Positions 57,001 to 64,000 of a stretch of 64,000 bases of DNA are shown piece after piece (the stretch's first letter is position 1; the number at the start of each line of letters is the position of its first letter). Below the pieces are notes generated by a model. It did not search any database. It was not told where the DNA came from and saw nothing but the letters and a program-made list of their open reading frames with translations. The position numbers and the translations under genes were made by a program. Origin of the DNA: the human T2T-CHM13v2.0 reference genome, Homo sapiens. The stretch lies in the NCBI RefSeq assembly GCF_009914755.1, contig NC_060947.1. The stretch is one strand, 5' to 3'.

Positions 57001-57695
57001 CTTGGGGGCAAACACTGGCTGTACCAGGCTGTCGAACTGCTCTCCGGCTGCTGGCAAAACACTCAGACAGAATAGTGGAGGCTGTGCTGTGTGCATTCTC
57101 TTGTGGGAGCTGAAAGGCAGCTTGCTTTGTGATGGGCCAGTGAAAAAGGGGGGCATGCAGGTAAGTTGTGCCTTGATGCTGCAGGGAAGGCAGGCTTCCT
57201 CTCTCCCAGCCAAGAGTCAGGAGGGGCTACGCCCATTCAAAGCAAGATGGAGAACCTTTGGGGATGGGTACTTACGGTCACGTTTTGCTGCAGTTGCCCT
57301 GTGTGCCATATAATATTTTGGTTCTGTCCAAGTTTATTCCCTGCCTCTGCCTACTGTTCAGGCAGTTCCCTCTGTCAATTGAAATGTCTATGAGGGTTAC
57401 AACATCTCTTGTAGCTAGGATTCCAGAGACTCACAGCAGGATTGTGATGTCACAGAGTTCCTTCATTTACCTCTTCCTTAGGGCCTGTTCAGGACCAAGA
57501 GCCTGGTCTGGTGACTCTATGTGGACTTCTCAGCTTCCTCCCTATTTAATCTTGGAGTTGTGTTGTGTCTCTGTCAACTTTCAGTGTTTTCTCTAAAAGA
57601 TCGGTTTGAAGTGTAGTTGTTTACCCAAGATTTTGGTTTCTCTCAGTAAAAGAGGTGCTTTCCAGCTGCATCTAGTTGGCCATCTTGTCCCTTCC
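54090..57695 (-). mobile_element. L1PA16/L1PB-like 5' half (5'UTR, ORF1, start of ORF2), 3'-truncated
   Basis: Antisense 5' end TTGGCCATCTTG; ORF1-like YKGNPISVKTDFSAETSQTRREWGLIFSILKEK at 55219-55440. Confidence 0.88.
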
Positions 57696-57697
57696 AT

Positions 57698-58080
57698 CAA
57701 GAAATACTTTAGACAACCTAAATTTATCAATGTTTACTTGAGCAAAGCATAATTTATGAATTAGACAGCCTCCCAGACTGGAATATGTTCAGAGAATCTC
57801 CAGTGATATCTCATGGTTGAAAAATATTTGTGGATTAAGAAAGTGACATACAAGAACTGAAAGTGAGGTCCAGAAACAGCTGGATTGGATACAGCTTGGT
57901 GTTTTGCTTATTTCAACACGGGTTGAACAGTTGGTTGCCTTTGACTGGCCAAAACTCAAGGATTGGTACAAGAATAGGTGCAGTCTATTTTTAAACCCGG
58001 TTAGATTACAGTTCATTGTGTACACAGAAATCTCTAGGTTGAATTCAAAATAAGGTGGCAGATTTAGACTAAACTTAACA
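57698..58080 (-). mobile_element. MER57-like ERV1 LTR
   Basis: GTGAGGTCCAGAAACAGCTGGATTGG...GACTGGCCAAAACTC...AAACTTAACA. Confidence 0.7.
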
Positions 58081-58504
58081 ATTCTAAAGAGTAATCTTGA
58101 ATACCTTTGTGTCAAAGCACCTCAAATTTGTAGATGACTGCTCTAGAAGAATTATTATTGAGAACAGAAGATATGATTAGGCAAATGTTTATATAGCTTA
58201 TGTGACATGAAAGATTAAGCTCAGTTTCTGGAAAAAAAGCCGAATATAAAGAGTCTTATGTGAGAAACAATGTAATGAAAAGCTTGATAATACATACTGA
58301 TTAGTGAGTGATGTAGGAGGATGTAAAAGTAATTTTTAAGTTTGAAGACTGAAAACTGAAAAAAGATGGGTAACCATTAAAAAAAATGAGTATGGTTCAT
58401 TAGATAATGGGCTCAATGTTTTGACATATTGAGAGTGAGATCGTGATAGAACTTCAAAATGGAAATAGCCAACTATCAAATAGAAATATAAGAACAGTGT
58501 TCCA

Positions 58505-58862
<358 letters not shown>

Positions 58863-59720
58863 TTAAGATAATGAAATTAAAAAATGATCTAAGGAGCAAA
58901 GTAAAATTAAATCAAGGGCAAAGCCTTATATTAAGGAGCAGCAGGAAAAAGGAGTTGTTAGAAAAGCAACAATAAGCCTAGTTGAAAAGATGAGAGGAAA
59001 AACAAGATAATAAAAGGTCACAAACTATAAAGTTTAAGAATATTTCAATAAAAAAGGGATCATTAGTCAACTACTGCAGGGAAATAAATTTTAATGACAA
59101 CTACAAAATTAGTTTTATCATTTGGAAATCATTTCAAAGAATAGTCTTAATAATGAGAAAGAGAAAGACATCAGATTACAATTAAATAAACATCAGATCG
59201 AGGTTGCCAAAATAAAGGAAATAATTGTATAAAGTTTTAAAAAATGTTACACAAACGAGAAGCCAGAGGTAGGCAGAACTTGATGTTTAAGGCTGCTTCT
59301 TAAGAGCAGGACTAAGAGCGTGGTAGTAAAGTTGATTGTTCCACCCACTGAAATCTCAATAACAATTTGGAAATAGTTGGTCCTGAGATTACTCAGACAG
59401 AAGGATCTCAATTGTAAGAGATTTAAGGAGTGGTCAGCCCTTCTTTAGAATCTTTTTTTTTTTTTTTCAGGAAAATAAAAAGATTAAATCCTGAGTCCCC
59501 AGCCCAGCCCCAAGACTGAACTACTGAGCAATTCTCCAGCTCCAGTGAAGATAGGGTATAAGTAAGTCAAAAACAAAAAACAAAAAACAGCAGGGTGACC
59601 AGTAGGTGAACAAGAGATGTGGCAGGACTCTAGTCCTGGAATAAAAACTAGACAGAAAGAATAACCTGTCAAAATTAAGAAATATAAACTAAGACAAAAA
59701 CCCACATCTGGTGAACGAAA

Positions 59721-60198
59721 TGTTAGGGCTCAGAAGTCAATACTCCAAAATATGGTACATTGAGGTTCTGAAGAAACTTCGATGTCTCTATGATTTTCTT
59801 CCCCCGCATACTCTCTCTCCCAAATCCTTCAGATTTTTTTTTTCTTAAGATCCAGATCCACCAAGGAGAACATTTTTTCTTCCTTCTCTATAAAGCCAAG
59901 AGTATAATTACATCTTAACAAACCCTTTCACAAGATAATGTACAAGTTATTTGTTCCCTGATCTAATTATTCTTCCTAGTGATCCCCTTAACAGATTCTC
60001 TTCTCCCACCTTTCATAACCTTTCTTTCCAGGATGGTATATAAGTTCCTGAACTCCACTGGAGAGTGGGAAATCACTCTGTGATGCTCCCCATCTGCACA
60101 ATAAATGTGAATGCCTTTTCTCCTATTAATCTACCTTATGTCAGTGATTTTCAGCAAACATTCAGAGAGCAAGAGGAAAGTCTCTCTTGGCCTCTATG
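59721..60198 (+). mobile_element. MER34-family ERV1 LTR
   Basis: TGTTAGGGCTCAGAA..ATACTCCAAAATATGG start; TATATAA box; AATAAA; CTTTTCTCCTATTAATCT...TCAGTGATTTTCAGC. Confidence 0.65.
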
Positions 60199-60841
60199 AA
60201 ACTAACGTGCAGATGCACAGTATATCTGTGAATCCAGGGAAGCACGTTCTGAAGGGTCTCTCTCCAGTGAAGCAGATTCTAGACTCTCTGGCAGCAAGAC
60301 TTTTGGGGGAACTCAATATATAGCTATTACTACCCATGTCACTAGAATTAGAGCTACAGTCTTTGCTGTAATGTATATATCATTTTGGATCAGCTAAGGA
60401 CCAAGTTTTCAACTCATAGGTGTCCAGGTGGAAACAGCTGGCAAGGCAGAGGCTGAGAAATCAAGGCATGTCTTGACAGATGGGGTAAAGTTTTTATTTT
60501 GTTTTCCCAAAGATAATTAGAACATATGTATAACAGAAATGAAAAAAAAAAAAAACAGTTGAGTAGAAGACATTAAATATGTAAGAGAAAGGACAAAATT
60601 TGTGGAGGGAAGTAATGAATTGAGTTGAGAAAATAAGCTGGTAGTTTCTTTTTCCTTAACAGAATAAAAGTTATTTATACAGTGAAGAAATGTTAATTTT
60701 TTTTAAAATCAGGTACCAGTCTAGGTGCATATTATAGATTGGTAATCAGTAAATACAAGGATATGACTTTATGAAGCTTAAAATCTAGTAGAGGAGACAG
60801 AAATATATATATATGTAATGTATATATATTACATATATATA

Positions 60842-61012
60842 CACTTAATTATTTATAACATTACTAAATCTTGCCCCAATACTAGCTCAGCACTTTAGCC
60901 CTCCATTTTGAACCAAGAGGAAATTCTCTAGAGCTAAGTTAATGTAGCTTAATAGAGCAAAGCAAGGCATTGAAAATGACTAGATTAGTTTATGTGACTC
61001 ATAAACATAAAG
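60842..61012 (+). other. Ancient NUMT: putative end of the mtDNA control region, tRNA-Phe and first bases of 12S
   Basis: Contains the mt-tRNA-Phe-like sequence followed by TAAAG; flanked by (TA)n tracts; left boundary uncertain. Confidence 0.75.
60938..61007 (+). pseudogene. Nuclear copy of mitochondrial tRNA-Phe (anticodon GAA)
   Basis: GTTAATGTAGCTTAA...AAAGCAAGGCATTGAAAATGACTAGAT...CATAAACA; acceptor stem GTTAATG/CATAAAC, D-stem GCTT/AAGC, GAA at 60972-60974. Confidence 0.88.
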
Positions 61013-62599
61013 TATATATAGATGGTGATATATATATATATAGTGATAAGACTTCTGTAGAAAAGAACTGAATGTTGTGAAAAAGAATTTGGAAAAGGGG
61101 AGAGATTAGACAGCCAATTTAGATCAGGTTGTAAAGGAAGACCAGCTTTAAGAGGTTTCATTGGAGCTAAGATCTTAATAAGTTGGCTGAATAAGGTGCT
61201 GACCAGCTGGAAAAGCCTTTCAAGTAGAAATAACAGGAAAATAAAACGCTCAGAAGAGGTAATAAATTTAGCATATGGAGGGTCATAAAGTGGCTGGAGC
61301 ATATCGTGTGAGGGAGAAAGTAGCAGAAAGTATGGGGGAGTCAGTAAAGGTTCAGATCATGCAGGGTTTTACAGGTTTTAATAAAGAGTTTGAATATTAA
61401 ATTCTAAGTGTAAAGGGAGAAGACACTGGAGGATTTGAATGAGACAGTGAAATTTTCTAATTTACATTTTTAAAAGATTATTCTCATTTCTGTATGAACA
61501 GCAAAATTAGGTGGAGAGGGGAACTGGGTGCAAAAAAACAAAAACAAAAACAAAAACAAAAACAAACAAAAAAGATAAGGCTATTTTAATATTCAGCCAA
61601 GAGATGGGGGTGGCCTATCCTAGGCTGGTGATGGTGGGGAGAAAGAGAAATGGAGAAGTGGGATATTCTTTGTAAGTAGAAATTTCAAAACTTTGATGAA
61701 TTAGATGTGTGTGAAGACTGGAAGAAAGATGTCCAAAAAGAAATTAGATTTCTAGTTCAGGCATTTACTTGATGTCTTGATTATGTTAAATAATAGGGTT
61801 AAAACGGAAAACCAATGTAATCAATGTAATCAATGGCAGATGGGAATCAAGTGATAGAAATGACAATTTATTTAATCTACTGATATATGATGAGGTTAAA
61901 ATTGAGTAGTAGATTAGAATGACCTATGCTTGGGTCATTTTCTATTTATCATTATTCAAACATAACTAAAAAATAATGCATATAAAATAGAGGATTCTAG
62001 TTTTGGATTTTTGTCATGAATCAAAATTGAAACTGTTGAAACTCAATTGTGTTGAAGTAGGTAGGCAGATTTTAAAATACTATCTACTATAGAAATTCTT
62101 AAAATGCAAACCTACTTTATTAAATGGATTTAAACACCATGTTGCCTGCCATAAGATTGTTTGGAAAGACTAAATGATTTAATTGGAAGCATCAATTAAA
62201 ATAAAACATATTACTTTATATGTTAAACACTATATATATATGTACAGAATTTAAGGATTTGACCTAGTTTTTCTCCAGAGGGTCACGTTTTTGTTACAAC
62301 AAGAACATGTCTCTAAGCACCATCTTTACAATACAAAAGAACCATCTTTTACAAAAATTTTGATTAACTGTGGCATTTCCTTTCTGCTGTGAAGAAAGCT
62401 GGCTACTGAATAAATTGTGAAGTACCAAAACCTCACCTTACAAATTTCTCTAATCCATTTAACTTCTTTCTTTCTACACATTTCCTGGGAATTTAATATT
62501 CTATTTATCCCTCTGGCTCTTCTTCCTCTATAGCAATTGTGGCATCCTATGCAAGACTTACATCCTCTGCACTCCTATGTTACGAATATTTTCTTTTCT

Positions 62600-64000
62600 A
62601 TATGACCTAAAGATGATATAACCAAGCAATTCTACTTCTAGGTATATGCTCAAAAGGTTTACATACTGGTACTCAAAAAATTACTTGTACACAAATACTC
62701 ATAGTAGCATTATTCAAAATAGACAAAAGTTAAAAACAACCTGAATGTCCATGGGCAGTTAATGAATAAACAAATTGTGATATATATGAAAATATCCAAC
62801 CATAAAAAGGAATGAAACAGTGATACATTATATAACCTGAAAAACATTTATGCTAAGTGAAATACGCCAGACAGAATAGATCACATACTGTATGATTTTA
62901 TTTACTTCTTCACACCCCTATCAAAACTGATTCATAGATGACATGATTCTATGTATGGAAAATCCCACAGGATCCACCAAAACCTAATAGACCTAATAAT
63001 GAATTTAGCAAAGCCTCTGGGTAAAAACCAACATATAAAAATCAGCTGTCTTTTTATACACTAATAATAAACAATCTGAAAAGGAAATAATGGAAATAAT
63101 TCCATCTATAATAGTGTCCAAAAAAGTTAAGTATTTAGGAATAAATTCAACCAAATATGTGAACAGCGCATACACTGAAAACTACAAAACATTACTTTAA
63201 TAAACTAAAGAATACATAAATAAATGGAAAGACATTTCATGTTTATGGATTAGAAGACTTACTTTTGTTAAAACGGCAATGCTAACTTCAAGCAATCTAT
63301 AGACTCAATGCAATCATAAAAAGTCTAAGAGCCTTTCTGCAGAAATGGAAAACACAATTCTTGAATTCATATGAAATTGCAAAGAGCCTTGAATATTAAA
63401 ACAAACACTCACAAAGTAGAGGAACGAAGTTGAAGGACTATTATTTTCACATTTTATAACTTACTACAAAACTACAGTAATTAAACAGTATGGTCCTAGC
63501 ATAAGAACAGACATATGCACTGATGGAACAGGATTGAGAGTCCAGGAATAATCACATGTATGTATGGTCAATTGATTTTCAACAAGGATGCCAAGATCAT
63601 TCAATAGGTAAAGAATAGTTTCCTCCAAAAAATGGTGCTGTGACAAATTGATATTCACATACAAAATAATAAAGTTGCAGCTTTATACAAAATTATACAA
63701 AAATATACAAATTATGTATATATACATATACAAAAATGTACTTAAAATTGTATCAAAGACTTAATGATAAGAGCTAAACTCTAAAGCTCTTAGGAAAAAA
63801 AGGGTTTTCCTGACCTTCATGACCTTGGATTTGGCAACGGATTCTGAGATCTGACATCAAGAGTACAACCAACAAAAGAAAAAATAGATAAATTGGAGTT
63901 TGTTAAAATTAAAACGTTTTTCATGTTAAAGGACATTATCCAGGAAGAGAAAGACAACTTACGGAATGGGAGAAAATATTTGCAAATCACATATCTGATA
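62600..64000 (+). mobile_element. L1M(B) fragments: 3' piece (62600-62900) and ORF2 piece running off the window end
   Basis: AGCAATTCTACTTCTAGGTATAT; GATGACATGATTCTATGT; TTACTACAAAACTACAGTAATTAAACAGTATGGT. Confidence 0.8.

Larger units (their letters stand above)
60700..61800 (-). mobile_element. L2 fragment interrupted by the NUMT; further L2-like sequence at ~58300-59300
   Basis: GAAGCTTAAAATCTAGTAGAGGAGACAG, CAGATCATGCAGGG and TTTTAAAAGATTATTCT L2 motifs. Confidence 0.6.

Noticed and set aside
60938-61007. Functional nuclear tRNA-Phe gene
   Set aside because: Mitochondrial-type sequence with no Pol III B-box (GTTCRA) and a mismatch in the anticodon stem.

Overview
Primate (human-like), AT-rich, gene-free DNA made almost entirely of decayed interspersed repeats: L1 (two near-full-length copies plus many fragments), AluS/AluY, MaLR/ERVL/ERV1 LTRs, L2 and MITEs. 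I find no protein-coding exon, and the ORF track consists of L1/Alu remnants and chance frames. Two inserts are not repeats. One is a 5'-truncated processed pseudogene of TUSC2 (19072-20341), with the last codons RIHVDFPVILYE, the 3'UTR, a poly(A) remnant and a TSD; from recall this points to the X/Y TUSC2P loci. The other is a small ancient NUMT carrying a mitochondrial tRNA-Phe (~60842-61012). The notable structure is a set of locally templated rearrangements: an old inverted duplication (1-1648 vs 18038-21288), an A-B-A'-C-B' duplication with templated junction fillers (10371-16718), two hairpin-forming insertions (1203-1284, 2275-2440) and a young 141-bp copy from 1.4 kb downstream (30311-30451). 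I see no evidence for a novel gene system. Repeat subfamily names are recalled from consensus sequences, and identities are by-eye estimates.
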